Shown here: positions 10,276 to 20,432 of the stretch, in pieces
Numbering within the stretch: the stretch's first letter is position 1
Layout of the letters: the number at the start of each line of letters is the position of its first letter
NCBI GenBank assembly: GCA_947631245.1
Contig: CANRKP010000004.1
Coordinates: forward strand, 6,147-70,146
Origin: an uncultured Clostridia bacterium
GTDB taxonomy: Bacteria > Bacillota > Clostridia > Oscillospirales > CAG-272
Direction: 5' to 3'
Length of the DNA: 64,000 bases
Made by a program: the position numbers and the translations under genes
The notes under the pieces: model-generated
Told to the model about the DNA's origin: nothing
Seen by the model: only the letters and a program-made list of their open reading frames with translations
Databases searched by the model: none

Positions 10276-11439
10276 ATGCACAAAATATATTATTTCAACC
10301 CGATATCAAAGGCGGGAACGTCGCTTCTTCCTTACGGATACGAAACGACCGGCGACCTTGCCGAGGCCGACGCCGCGTTTGTCCGCTCCGCCTCGCTGCA
10401 TGAAGCGGAGCTGCCGAAATCTCTTCTCGCGATAGCGCGCGCGGGCGCGGGCGTCAACAATATCCCGCTCGACAAGTGCGCGGAGGAGGGCATCGTCGTC
10501 TTCAACACGCCTGGCGCAAACGCTAACGGAGTAAAGGAGCTCGCGATATGCGGGATGCTGCTTGCCTGCCGCGATATCATCGGCGGCGTGAACTGGGTCG
10601 GCGAGATAAAGGACGAGGCGGGCGTCGCGGCGCTCGTTGAAAAGGGAAAGAAAAAATTTGCAGGCACCGAGATAGCGGGCAAAAAGCTCGGCGTCATAGG
10701 GCTTGGCGCTATCGGCGGTCCTCTCGCGAACGCGGCGGAGGCGCTCGGTATGGAGGTCTACGGCTGCGATCCGTTTTTGTCCGTCGACGCCGCATGGCAC
10801 CTCGACAGCAAAATAATAAGGGCAAAGACGCGCGAGGAGATTTTCGCGGAGTGCGACATAATCACGCTTCACGTCCCGCTCCTCGACGACACGCGCGGAA
10901 TGATAAACGAGGACACGCTCTCGCTCATGAAGGACGGCGTTGTCATACTCAACTTCGCCCGAGACCTGCTCGTCGACGACGACGCGATGGAAAAGGCGCT
11001 CGCCACGGGCAAGGTAAAAAGATATGTGACCGACTTCCCGAACGACAGGACGGTGAAAATGAACGGCGTTATCGCGATCCCGCACCTCGGTGCGTCTACC
11101 GAGGAATCCGAGGACAACTGCGCCGTCATGGCAGTGCGCGAGATGACGGACTATATTGAAAACGGGAACATCAAAAATTCCGTCAATTATCCGAACTGCG
11201 ACATGGGCATGCCCACAAAGGCGGGGAGGATCGCGGTGCTCCACGAGAACATCCCGAACACGATAAGCCGCTTCACGGCGGTGCTTGCCGCGGAGGGCAT
11301 CAACATTTCCGACATGATCAACCGCAGCCGCAAGGATCACGCCTACACGATGCTCGACATCGACAGCGAGGCGACGCCGGCGGCGATCGAGAGCATGTGC
11401 GCGCTCGAGGGCGTGCGCCGCGTCAGAGTCATAAAATGA
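10276..11439 (+). CDS. serA: D-3-phosphoglycerate dehydrogenase with ACT domain
   Basis: RAGAGVNNI, GLGAIG, NFARD, PHLGAST; follows serC. Confidence 0.92.
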   Translation: MHKIYYFNPISKAGTSLLPYGYETTGDLAEADAAFVRSASLHEAELPKSLLAIARAGAGVNNIPLDKCAEEGIVVFNTPGANANGVKELAICGMLLACRDIIGGVNWVGEIKDEAGVAALVEKGKKKFAGTEIAGKKLGVIGLGAIGGPLANAAEALGMEVYGCDPFLSVDAAWHLDSKIIRAKTREEIFAECDIITLHVPLLDDTRGMINEDTLSLMKDGVVILNFARDLLVDDDAMEKALATGKVKRYVTDFPNDRTVKMNGVIAIPHLGASTEESEDNCAVMAVREMTDYIENGNIKNSVNYPNCDMGMPTKAGRIAVLHENIPNTISRFTAVLAAEGINISDMINRSRKDHAYTMLDIDSEATPAAIESMCALEGVRRVRVIK

Positions 11440-12158
11440 CGGAATCGGAAGAGGCGCGCTCGAGAACGGAGCTTTTGCTCGGACAGGACGGTGTTTTGAG
11501 GCTGTCGCGCGCGCGCGTTGCCGTATTCGGCGTCGGCGGTGTCGGCGGGTACGTCACGGAGGCGCTTGCGAGGGCGGGTGTCGGCGCGCTCGACCTTGTC
11601 GACTATGACACCGTGAGCATATCGAACATAAACCGCCAGCTCTGCGCGCTACGCTCGACGGTCGGGAGGTACAAGGTCGACGTCTTTGCCGAGCGGATAG
11701 CGGATATCGACCCCGAAATCAAGGTGCGCGCTTATAAGATCGCATTCTCGCCCGAAACGGCGGCGGAATTCGATTTTTCCGTATATGACTATGTCGTCGA
11801 CGCGATAGATCAGGTCTCGGGCAAACTCGCGCTCGCCGAGTGTGCAAAATCGGCGGGGGTGCCGATAATAAGCTCGATGGGCGCGGGAAACAAGCTCGAC
11901 CCGACGAAATTCCGCGCGGCGGATATTTTTGAGACGACGACGGACCCGCTCGCCCGCGTCATGCGGCGCGAGCTGCGGCGGCGGGGGATAGAAAAGCTCC
12001 GCGTCGTCTATTCGACGGAGCCGCCGATACCGTGCGCGGGCGAGGCGGGAGGCTCGGGTCGTCCCGTGCCGGGCAGCGTTTCTTTCGTGCCGTCCGCCGC
12101 GGGGCTCGTTATAGCCGGCGAGGTCATAAGGGCGCTCGCGGGCGTCGGGGAGGGCTAG
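11436..12158 (+). CDS. tcdA: tRNA threonylcarbamoyladenosine dehydratase (ThiF family)
   Basis: GVGGVG, SNINRQ, SMGAGNKLDP, DPLAR, FVPSAAG. Confidence 0.85.
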   Translation: MTESEEARSRTELLLGQDGVLRLSRARVAVFGVGGVGGYVTEALARAGVGALDLVDYDTVSISNINRQLCALRSTVGRYKVDVFAERIADIDPEIKVRAYKIAFSPETAAEFDFSVYDYVVDAIDQVSGKLALAECAKSAGVPIISSMGAGNKLDPTKFRAADIFETTTDPLARVMRRELRRRGIEKLRVVYSTEPPIPCAGEAGGSGRPVPGSVSFVPSAAGLVIAGEVIRALAGVGEG

Positions 12159-12166
12159 GCTGCGAA

Positions 12167-13033
12167 ATGAGGGAAATGGAAAAATACCGCCTCGTCGAAC
12201 GGAGCATAGTCAAAAAATACCGCCGCGAGCTTTGGAACCCGTTTATAGCCGCCGTCAAAAGATACGAGCTCATCTCGGAGGGCGACAGGATCGCCGTCTG
12301 CATCTCGGGCGGGAAGGACTCGATGCTGATGGCAGTCATGCTCCGCCTTTTGCAGCGCATAAGCGAGACGAGGTTCGAGCTCGTGTATCTCACGATGGAC
12401 CCGGGATACAATGAGGAAAACAGAAAGAAGATAGAGGATAACGCCTCTCTTCTCGAGATACCTTTGACGGTATTCGAGACGGACATATTCCGCGTCGCCG
12501 AGGCGGAGACGAAGTCTCCGTGCTATCTCTGCGCGAGGATGAGAAGAGGACACCTCTACGCCGAGGCAAAGCGCCTCGGCTGCAACAAGATCGCGCTCGG
12601 GCACCACTTCAGCGACGTTATCGAGACGACGCTGCTCGGGATGTTCTACGGCTCGCAGCTTCAGGCGATGATACCGAAGGTGCACAGCATGAATTTTCCC
12701 GGGATGGAGCTTATAAGACCTCTCTATTGCATACACGAGGACGACATCGTCGCTTGGAGAGACTATAACGGGCTCTCGTTTTTGAGATGCGCGTGCCGCG
12801 TCGCCGAGAAGAACGAAACGAGCGGGGACAAAGGCTCGAAGCGGCAGGAGATAAAGGAGCTGCTCCGCAGTCTGCGGAAGAGCAACCCCGTCATCGAAAA
12901 GAGCATTTTCAACAGCATCCACTCGGTCTGCCTTGACACTTTTCCGGCGTATAAAACGGAAGGGGAGACGCATTCCTTCCTCGAAAGATATAACAGGCTC
13001 ACATGCGAGCTTTGCGGCGAAAAAGATGAATAA
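12167..13033 (+). CDS. TtcA-like tRNA thiolation PP-loop ATPase
   Basis: SGGKDS PP-loop, CYLC, ALGHH, LIRPL, CAC. Confidence 0.8.
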   Translation: MREMEKYRLVERSIVKKYRRELWNPFIAAVKRYELISEGDRIAVCISGGKDSMLMAVMLRLLQRISETRFELVYLTMDPGYNEENRKKIEDNASLLEIPLTVFETDIFRVAEAETKSPCYLCARMRRGHLYAEAKRLGCNKIALGHHFSDVIETTLLGMFYGSQLQAMIPKVHSMNFPGMELIRPLYCIHEDDIVAWRDYNGLSFLRCACRVAEKNETSGDKGSKRQEIKELLRSLRKSNPVIEKSIFNSIHSVCLDTFPAYKTEGETHSFLERYNRLTCELCGEKDE

Positions 13034-13037
13034 AAAA

Positions 13038-13070
13038 CTTCGGCGCGGACAATTCTGTCCGCGCCGAAGG
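13038..13070. terminator. Hairpin between convergent genes
   Basis: cttcggcgcggac-N6-gtccgcgccgaag preceded by A tract. Confidence 0.65.
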
Positions 13071-13103
13071 CGCTTCCGAAGGCGCTTATTATGGCAATTT
13101 GTT

Positions 13104-14234
13104 TCAGTTGACGGCGCAGAGCGTCGTGCCCCATGCGGGCAGGCAGAGCTCGCGGCGCAGAAAGAGCCGTTTTCCGGGGCAGAGCCTGTTTACGAGCTCG
13201 GGAAGCGCGAGCATATCATTTGTCCTGTGATAAACTGAGACGCAGATATCGGGTCGGCAGCGGAAAAGCAGATTTGATGCGCCGCGCAGCGCCTCCGCTT
13301 CCGCGCCCTCAACGTCGAGCTTGATGAAATCGACGTCACCGCCGACGACACCGTCGAGCGCCAGCGCGTTCACTGCGAGCGTTTTCGTCTTCCTGTGCGC
13401 GCGTCCGGAGCCTGACGAGCCGCGCCCCGAGCCGGAGGTAAAATCAAGCGTCATGTCGCATTCCCACGCCGCGGCGTTGTATGCGAGCAAAGAGACGCGC
13501 GATGTTACATCCGACAGGGCGGCGAGCTTTTTGTATGCGTGAGGCTCGGGCTCGAATGCGTAGACACACTCAAGGTTCGGCATCAGCTCCGCCGCTTTGC
13601 GTACGGTGTCTCCCGTGTACGCTCCGAGGTCGGCAATTGCGCGGTAGTCCTTATACGGAAAAATATCCCGCGCAAGCGAGATGATATCCCCGTCGCCGCC
13701 GCAGGAAAAAAGCGGGTCGAGGTCCCCCGTCAGCTTTGAGGCGAGCACGAGCGAGAGCGTGCGGCGCGACTCGTCATCCGCGAGCATATCGTAAAGGCGA
13801 CGGAATGCACCGTAGTTTTCGGCATAATACTTTCTGTCGAAAAGCCCGTCTCCGAAGACGGGCACGTCGGGGCAGAGGACAACTCTTTCCGAGGCGAGCT
13901 TTTTTATCGCGGCGATGACGTCCGCTCTGTTCGTTCCGAACGCGAGCACCGCCGTAAAGTCACCGAAGCGAGCGCACGCCTCGTTATAGGAGAGGACATG
14001 ATATCCGCGGAACTCGCGGTCGCGGACAAATTCGTCCGAGGCAAAGACGCCTGCGACATGGATATTGCGCGCGGCGAGCACGTCCATAATTTTGTCCGCC
14101 CCGTTGCCCGTGCCGTATATGCATATGGGTTTATTGCAGGACGCGAGCCGCTCCCAAACGTCCGAGGTGTCGGGCGAGGGCAGAGGCGACACGCGGTCAG
14201 TCTTCAAATCCGAAGAAGCGCGCGGCATTGTCAT
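13104..14234 (-). CDS. FkbM family SAM-dependent methyltransferase
   Basis: DLGAYTGD, AFEP, FIKLDVEGAE, SVYH. Confidence 0.85.
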   Translation of the reverse strand: MTMPRASSDLKTDRVSPLPSPDTSDVWERLASCNKPICIYGTGNGADKIMDVLAARNIHVAGVFASDEFVRDREFRGYHVLSYNEACARFGDFTAVLAFGTNRADVIAAIKKLASERVVLCPDVPVFGDGLFDRKYYAENYGAFRRLYDMLADDESRRTLSLVLASKLTGDLDPLFSCGGDGDIISLARDIFPYKDYRAIADLGAYTGDTVRKAAELMPNLECVYAFEPEPHAYKKLAALSDVTSRVSLLAYNAAAWECDMTLDFTSGSGRGSSGSGRAHRKTKTLAVNALALDGVVGGDVDFIKLDVEGAEAEALRGASNLLFRCRPDICVSVYHRTNDMLALPELVNRLCPGKRLFLRRELCLPAWGTTLCAVN

Positions 14235-15012
14235 AAAGCACCATGCGGCGCTCGCTCTCAGTGAGCGGGAGCCGGTCGAACATTTTCAGATACTCGGACG
14301 CCTCGAGAACGGGGTAGTCCGTTCCGAACATCACGTTTTCGACGCCGAGCTTCCGTATTATTTCGGCGGCGAACTCGGGCGTCATAGCCCAAAGCGAGCT
14401 TGACGCGTCGTAAACTATGTTTTCGCGTCCGGCAAGGCATGAAAGAGCCTCGTCCCACGCGCGCCAACCGCCGAGATGTGAGGCGAGCACGCGCAGGCGC
14501 GGAAACATATCGAGCACGCGAACGAGCCTTTCGGGCTCGCTGTACCTGTATTCCGGTCTGTCGTCCCCCATGTGGAAGCATATCGGCAGCGAACACTCCG
14601 ACAAAAGCTCATAAAGAGGGAAGAGGCGCTCGTCGTCTATGTTCACGCGCTGTATGTCGGGATGTATCTTCGCGCCCGTAAGTCCGATGGAGACGGCGTG
14701 CTCGAGCTCGCCTGAAAAGTCCTCCATATCCTGATGGAACGCCGCGTATCCGAAGGCTTTGAGCCCAGCCTCTCTCGCGCGCATGACGTCTGAGGCGACG
14801 GCGTCGTTGACGTGGCGCACCTGCCGCGCGTTCGTCGCGACGCCGAGAATGAGAAATCCGCCGACGCCTGCGCGCTTCGATGTGTCGATAAGGTCGTCGA
14901 CGGTGCCTTCGCGCGTTACGCGGAAGTTGTAGAATGCGCCGAGATTGACGGTCGCCTTCTGTGCGATCGCCGCTGGATATGTGTGCGTGTGCGCGTCAAA
15001 TACTTTTTCCAT
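14197..15012 (-). CDS. Amidohydrolase_2 family metallohydrolase
   Basis: DAHTH, KIHP, HMG, SHLGG, FGTDYP. Confidence 0.85.
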   Translation of the reverse strand: MEKVFDAHTHTYPAAIAQKATVNLGAFYNFRVTREGTVDDLIDTSKRAGVGGFLILGVATNARQVRHVNDAVASDVMRAREAGLKAFGYAAFHQDMEDFSGELEHAVSIGLTGAKIHPDIQRVNIDDERLFPLYELLSECSLPICFHMGDDRPEYRYSEPERLVRVLDMFPRLRVLASHLGGWRAWDEALSCLAGRENIVYDASSSLWAMTPEFAAEIIRKLGVENVMFGTDYPVLEASEYLKMFDRLPLTESERRMVLYDNAARFFGFED

Positions 15013-15104
15013 TTCGATTTTGCAATTCCTTTTGCCCGAAAACGGTTGATGCCGGGGATTTTTTATGGTACAATATACTAAAAAAGCACGGGGGTAATTT
15101 TATT

Positions 15105-15455
15105 ATGGACTGCTTATTCTGCAAGATAGTAAACGGGGATATTCCTTCAAACAAGGTCTATGAGGACGACAAAATACTCGCGTTCCGCGATATCGCGCCG
15201 GAGGCGCCGTGCCATGTCCTCGTCGTACCGAAGACGCATATCTCATCAACCGACGAGGTGACGCCTGAAAACAGCGCCGTCGTCGCCCACATATTCGAGT
15301 GCGTCCCGAAGATAGCGAAGCTCGGAGGCGCCGATAACGGGTACCGCGTCGTGACGAATTGCGGACCCGACGCCTGCCAAAGCGTGCAGCACATGCATTT
15401 TCACATAATAGGCGGAAAGCAGCTTCCCGCCCACGTTTTCCCCGAAAACGACTGA
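15105..15455 (+). CDS. HIT family nucleotide-binding protein
   Basis: DCLFCKI and HMHFH histidine triad; TTGATG-17-TACAAT promoter at 15046-15074. Confidence 0.92.
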   Translation: MDCLFCKIVNGDIPSNKVYEDDKILAFRDIAPEAPCHVLVVPKTHISSTDEVTPENSAVVAHIFECVPKIAKLGGADNGYRVVTNCGPDACQSVQHMHFHIIGGKQLPAHVFPEND

Positions 15456-15541
15456 AAAGGGATGGCGCTTTTGAAAAATGACCTGATACCGAAACGGGAG
15501 GGCATGCGCCGCTCCCGTTTTTCGCTCGGGGATCGTGAACG

Positions 15542-16861
15542 TCAGTCCTTGACGAATTCCGCGTATATCGCGCGGAGCGCCGCTTCAAAATCCTGTTCGG
15601 CGACGCCGACGATGATGTTTATCTCGCACGCGCCCTGATCTATCATGCGGACGTTTATCCCAGCCTTTGCGAGCGCCTCGAACACGCGGGACGCGATACC
15701 GTAGCTGCCGACCATGCCGCGCCCGACGACGGCGACCAGCGCGAGACCGTCCTCAATGACGATGTAGTCGGGGTTGACGGCGTGCGATATCGACTCCGTT
15801 ATGATGTCGTACTTCCCCGAGAGCTCGTTCGTGTGGACGACGACGGACATCGTATCTATACCGGAGGGAAGGTGCTCGACGTGAACTCCGTTGTAGTCGA
15901 GTATCTCCACTATCCTGTGGAGCATGCCGCGCTGGTACGCCATTCTGTCCTTGTCTATGCGTATGACGGAGAAGTCCTTCTTGCCCGCGATGCCGGTGAT
16001 GATGTGATCGCGGTCGTAAACGTCGGTCCCCGCGACGATCATCGTGCCGGGATCCTCGGGGCGGTTCGTGTTCCTGATGTTTATCGGAATGCCCGCGGAG
16101 CGGACGGGGAAAACGCTATCCTCATGGAGCACGCCCGCGCCCATGTAGGAGAGCTCGCGCAGCTCGCGGTATGTGACTGTCTTGATTCCGAGAGGGGACT
16201 TTACGATGCGCGGGTCAGCCATGAGAAAGCCCGACACGTCTGTCCAGTTTTCGTATATCGTCGCATTCGCGGAGCGGGCGACGATCGCGCCCGTCACGTC
16301 GGAGCCTCCGCGGGAGAACGTCTTTATCGTGTAGTTCGGCATCGAGCCGTAGAAGCCGGGGATCACGGCGCGTTCGTGCATGCGGAGCTCCGCCGCGAGC
16401 GTCGTGTACGTCCTCTGCTCGTCGAGCGAGCCGTCGTCACGGAAGAAGATGACGCCTGCGGCGTCTATCATGTCGTAACCGAGGTACTCGGCAAGTATCT
16501 TTGCGTTGAGGTATTCCCCGCGTGAGGCGGCGAAATCGCGTCCCGCGCCGCGGCGGAACGAGGTCTTTATGGATTCGTATTCCGTCGAGAGGTCGAGGTC
16601 TATGCCGAGCCCGTCTATGATGGCGTCGAAGCGGGCGCTTATCCCGTCAAAGAACGTGCCGAAGTCGAGACCGGCGACGGCCATATCGTAGCAGGCGTAG
16701 AGCATGTCGGTGACCTTCGTGTCGCTGTCGAAGCGCTTTCCGGGAGCCGACGCGACGACATAACGCCTTGTCGGGTCTGATGATATTATTTCATGAACTT
16801 TTTTGAACTGCTCGGGGTCGGCGAGCGACGAGCCGCCGAATTTAACTGCCTTGACCTGCAC
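15542..16861 (-). CDS. Aspartate kinase
   Basis: KFGGSS, SRGGSD, WTDV, C-terminal ACT domains. Confidence 0.93.
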   Translation of the reverse strand: MQVKAVKFGGSSLADPEQFKKVHEIISSDPTRRYVVASAPGKRFDSDTKVTDMLYACYDMAVAGLDFGTFFDGISARFDAIIDGLGIDLDLSTEYESIKTSFRRGAGRDFAASRGEYLNAKILAEYLGYDMIDAAGVIFFRDDGSLDEQRTYTTLAAELRMHERAVIPGFYGSMPNYTIKTFSRGGSDVTGAIVARSANATIYENWTDVSGFLMADPRIVKSPLGIKTVTYRELRELSYMGAGVLHEDSVFPVRSAGIPINIRNTNRPEDPGTMIVAGTDVYDRDHIITGIAGKKDFSVIRIDKDRMAYQRGMLHRIVEILDYNGVHVEHLPSGIDTMSVVVHTNELSGKYDIITESISHAVNPDYIVIEDGLALVAVVGRGMVGSYGIASRVFEALAKAGINVRMIDQGACEINIIVGVAEQDFEAALRAIYAEFVKD

Positions 16862-17030
16862 GAAGGATACCTCACGGAATCTATGTTTTCATTTTATTAT
16901 ATGCGAAAGGCAGACCCGTGTCAATCCATGAAATGCGAAAATAAACGGCGACGGATGATGACCTTTTTTGGCAAAAATAGTCCGTTTTTATACGGCGGAA
17001 GAATATCGAGATGAAAGTGTGGAGGAAAAC

Positions 17031-18125
17031 ATGACGGAAAAAAAGAATTATGAGGCGAAAAGGCTCCGCTTGCCGTCGGGCGCGGAGAAAAAAGGTAGGA
17101 CATGCGGCAACGCCTCGCTCAAAGAGGCGTACAGGGATTATTTTTATATCGGCGCGGCGCTGCCCGGCTCGGTTTTTGACGATTTCGAAAAATACCGCGA
17201 GGTCGTGACAGGAAATTTCAACAGCATGACGTGCGAAAACGAGATGAAGCCGGAGTTTCTGCTCGACAGAGAGGCGACGGCGTCATGCGCCGCAAATGAC
17301 AGGGCAGCCGTGAAGCTCAACTTTTCCTCGGCGAAAAAGGCGGCGGATACGGCAGCCGCGCTCGGAATGCGCGTCAGGCTGCACACGCTCGTTTGGCACG
17401 CGCAGACGCCCGGCTGGTTCTTCACCGAGGATTATACGGACGGCGGCGCGCCGGCGGATCGCAGTCTCATGCTCGAGCGGATGGAGAACTATATCCGCTC
17501 TGTCCTGGAATATTACGGCGAAAATTATCCCGGTCTCATATACGCCGTCGACGTCGTGAACGAGGCGTTCGACGTCGGCGACGGGGACGCGGACGGGATA
17601 CGGAAAAAGAACAGCAAATGGTACGAGACAGTAGGACCCGACTTTGTATATTACGCGTTTTTGTACGCAAGAAGATACGCGCCGACGGGCGTCTCCCTCT
17701 TTTATAACGATTACTCGTGCATGTGGAAAACCGAGCTTATCTTGAAAAACCTTGCCCGCGCAAAGGCGGAGGGAAAAATAGACGGCATCGGTATGCAGAG
17801 CCACCTTTCGGTCGGCGACAGCGTGGAGAAATTTCTTGACGCCGCGCGCGCGTTTTCCGCGGCAGGGTATGAGCTTCAGATAACGGAGCTCGACGTCGGG
17901 ATAAAGTCAGAGGAAGAGAAGGAGGCGCAGGGCGAATTCTACCGCGAACTTATGCGAGGGCTTGTCCGCCTGAAAAAAAGCGGCGTCAACCTGACGTCCG
18001 TTACTGTGTGGGGACTGACCGACGCCCTCTCGTGGAGACGGCGCGAGACGCCGCTGCTCTTCGACCGTGATATATCGAAAAAGCCCGCGTACACGGGCTT
18101 TCTCGAGGGCGCGGAAGCCGAGTAA
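17031..18125 (+). CDS. GH10 endo-1,4-beta-xylanase, no signal peptide
   Basis: ENEMKP, HTLVWH, DVVNE (acid/base), GMQSH, ITELDV (nucleophile); GGAGG RBS before 17031. Confidence 0.88.
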   Translation: MTEKKNYEAKRLRLPSGAEKKGRTCGNASLKEAYRDYFYIGAALPGSVFDDFEKYREVVTGNFNSMTCENEMKPEFLLDREATASCAANDRAAVKLNFSSAKKAADTAAALGMRVRLHTLVWHAQTPGWFFTEDYTDGGAPADRSLMLERMENYIRSVLEYYGENYPGLIYAVDVVNEAFDVGDGDADGIRKKNSKWYETVGPDFVYYAFLYARRYAPTGVSLFYNDYSCMWKTELILKNLARAKAEGKIDGIGMQSHLSVGDSVEKFLDAARAFSAAGYELQITELDVGIKSEEEKEAQGEFYRELMRGLVRLKKSGVNLTSVTVWGLTDALSWRRRETPLLFDRDISKKPAYTGFLEGAEAE

Positions 18126-18130
18126 AACCT

Positions 18131-18166
18131 AAAAAGACCGCCGTTTTTTTCACGGCGGTCTTTTTT
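18131..18166. terminator. Bidirectional terminator
   Basis: aaaaagaccgccgt/acggcggtcttttt between convergent genes. Confidence 0.85.
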
Positions 18167-20222
18167 ACTGTTCCGTGCGGCTGCCGCGGTGAGGCGGTGC
18201 ATTTTTCGGGCGCGCGTCGTCGGCGTCCAGCCGGTCGTTTTCGTCGACCTCGGTTAGATACCGCTTTGCCTGCGTCGTAAAGAGCTCCCAGTAGCGGCCG
18301 TGTTTGTTCATGAGCTGGCTGTGGTTGCCTTCCTCGATTATCTCTCCGTATTCGAGAACGAGGATCTTTGAGGCGACCGTCGCGCTCGAAAGGCGGTGCG
18401 AGACGAAGATAGTCGTTTTGTCGGCGCGGAGCATGTCGAACTGATTGAAAATCTCCTGCTCGGCAATTGCGTCGAGCGACGCCGTCGGCTCGTCGAGTAT
18501 CAGAAAATCGGAGTCGGAATAGAACGCGCGTGCGATAGACAGCTTCTGCCACTGACCTATCGAGAGCTCGATGCCGTTCTCCTCGAAGTAGCGCATCAGC
18601 GGAGTGTTGTACCCGTCGGGCAGCTTTTCGATAAAGTCGTCGGCGGAGGACTGTTTTGCCGCCTCGACGACGTCGCCTTCGGTGTGCTCCCGCGATATGT
18701 CGCCGAACCGTATGTTTTCGGCGACGGAGACGGCGTATTTGCCGAAGTCTTGGAAGATTATGCCGAACATCTCGTAGAGCTCGTCGGTGTCGTATTCGCG
18801 GATGTCGTGCCCGTCGAGGAGGACGGTGCCTTCGGTCGGGTCGTAAAGCCGCGTCAGGAGCTTGATGAGTGTCGTTTTTCCGGCGCCGTTCAGCCCGACG
18901 AGCACGCAGGTCTCGCCGGCGTCGAGCTTGAAGTTTATGTCCTTCAGCACCATGCGCTCCGTCCCGGGGTAACGGAAGCTGACGTGGCGGAACTCGACCG
19001 TGTGCCCCGTGTGGCGCGCGACGCGTCGCGGTTCTTTGAGCTCCGGGTCGGTGAGCACCGGCACGATGTGCTTCTTTTCCGCCATAAAGAGGATCATATT
19101 GTCGATGAACAGCGCGCCTTCGTAAATCGAGGACGTCGTAGTTATAAGCGACGACACGCCGCCCGATACGTTTGAAAGCGAGCTTGTGTAAAGCGAATAG
19201 TCGCCGAGTGTGAAAATGCCGGTGAACACATTCTTCGCTATCACGAGATAGAGGATGCAGTTGACGACGGACGTCACGATAGAAATGGCGATATGCCATG
19301 CGTTTTCGTTTATAATAAGGCGCTTTATGCCCGCGTAATAATTGCGGAACGTCTCGCGGAAGCGTCCTATGAACGTATCCGAAAGCCCGAAGAGGCGGAT
19401 CTCCTTGACCATGTCCTTGTTTACCATCAGATTGCTGTAATAATCCATCTGGCGGCGGTCACGGCTGCGGCGTCGCATGTAGTAGAACGTCTTTCGCCTG
19501 TATGTGAAGTTGATGACGGCGGATGGGACGGCGAGCAGTATGACGACGAGAGGCATCCACGCGCCGACGGCGGAGAGAATGACGATGAAGCTGACCATGC
19601 TGATGACGGTGCTGACGAGCGAGAACGTCGAGCGCATGATGTTTATCGGGCGCATGCCCGCCTCACGGTTTGCGTTCTCGAGCTTTTCGTAAAACTCCGG
19701 CAGATCGAAGCTCGCGACGTCGACCTCCTTCGCCTTTGTGATTATCTTCACCTTTATGTGGTTCGTCACGACCTCGCCCGAGATGCTGACGAACATGTTG
19801 TAAAGGGTGGATACGACGGAGTTGAAGAGCATGTACGCGAACTGGAGTATCAGAAGCGAGATGATCACCCTCCACCCGTTGCCCGAGCCGACGGCTCCCG
19901 TGGCGTTGACGACGAAGCGTCCTATCACGGAATAATTTTCAACGGAAAGGGGAGATACGAGAGAGTTTAAAAGGTCGGCGGCAATTCTTGCGCCGACGAC
20001 GGGTATCACGCCGTTGAACACGCTCATGAAAAGCATTATGAAGAGAAGCGAAGGCTGCGCCTCCCACACGAGCTTAAATATGTATATGAGCCGGTAGAAA
20101 AATCCCGAGACGACCTTTTTTAAATATCCCGGAACCTCGCCGAGGCTTTTCGGTTTCGGAGGCTTCAGCTTGTCGTTCTGACCTCGCCCCGCGCCGGGCG
20201 GCGGTCCCATCATTGGTCCCAT
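18165..20222 (-). CDS. ABC exporter, fused TMD + ATPase
   Basis: Multiple TM segments; GLNGAGKT, LSIGQ, LILDE, SHR. Confidence 0.92.
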   Translation of the reverse strand: MGPMMGPPPGAGRGQNDKLKPPKPKSLGEVPGYLKKVVSGFFYRLIYIFKLVWEAQPSLLFIMLFMSVFNGVIPVVGARIAADLLNSLVSPLSVENYSVIGRFVVNATGAVGSGNGWRVIISLLILQFAYMLFNSVVSTLYNMFVSISGEVVTNHIKVKIITKAKEVDVASFDLPEFYEKLENANREAGMRPINIMRSTFSLVSTVISMVSFIVILSAVGAWMPLVVILLAVPSAVINFTYRRKTFYYMRRRSRDRRQMDYYSNLMVNKDMVKEIRLFGLSDTFIGRFRETFRNYYAGIKRLIINENAWHIAISIVTSVVNCILYLVIAKNVFTGIFTLGDYSLYTSSLSNVSGGVSSLITTTSSIYEGALFIDNMILFMAEKKHIVPVLTDPELKEPRRVARHTGHTVEFRHVSFRYPGTERMVLKDINFKLDAGETCVLVGLNGAGKTTLIKLLTRLYDPTEGTVLLDGHDIREYDTDELYEMFGIIFQDFGKYAVSVAENIRFGDISREHTEGDVVEAAKQSSADDFIEKLPDGYNTPLMRYFEENGIELSIGQWQKLSIARAFYSDSDFLILDEPTASLDAIAEQEIFNQFDMLRADKTTIFVSHRLSSATVASKILVLEYGEIIEEGNHSQLMNKHGRYWELFTTQAKRYLTEVDENDRLDADDARPKNAPPHRGSRTEQ

Positions 20223-20312
20223 TTTATTTTTTTCCTTTCGTATAATTTAGGGTTTCACATAGGAGCTGAGACCCCGTGCGGGCGCATCAAAGTCTTAATG
20301 TTCCCGCATTTA

Positions 20313-20341
20313 ATTATACATTAATAAATTTTTTCGGGCAA
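20313..20341 (-). promoter_or_regulatory. Sigma-A promoter of the ABC exporter
   Basis: Minus strand TTGCCC-17-TATAAT. Confidence 0.65.
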
Positions 20342-20432
20342 GCGGTCGTGACGAAAAAAATAAAAGTTTACCAAGGATATGTAATTATGAACTTTTTGTG
20401 AACGAAACTGTGGGAGCCTCGCGGCGCGCCGT

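Noticed and set aside
16862-17030. Lysine riboswitch upstream of aspartate kinase
   Set aside because: Intergenic region is short, shared with a divergent gene, and lacks the consensus.
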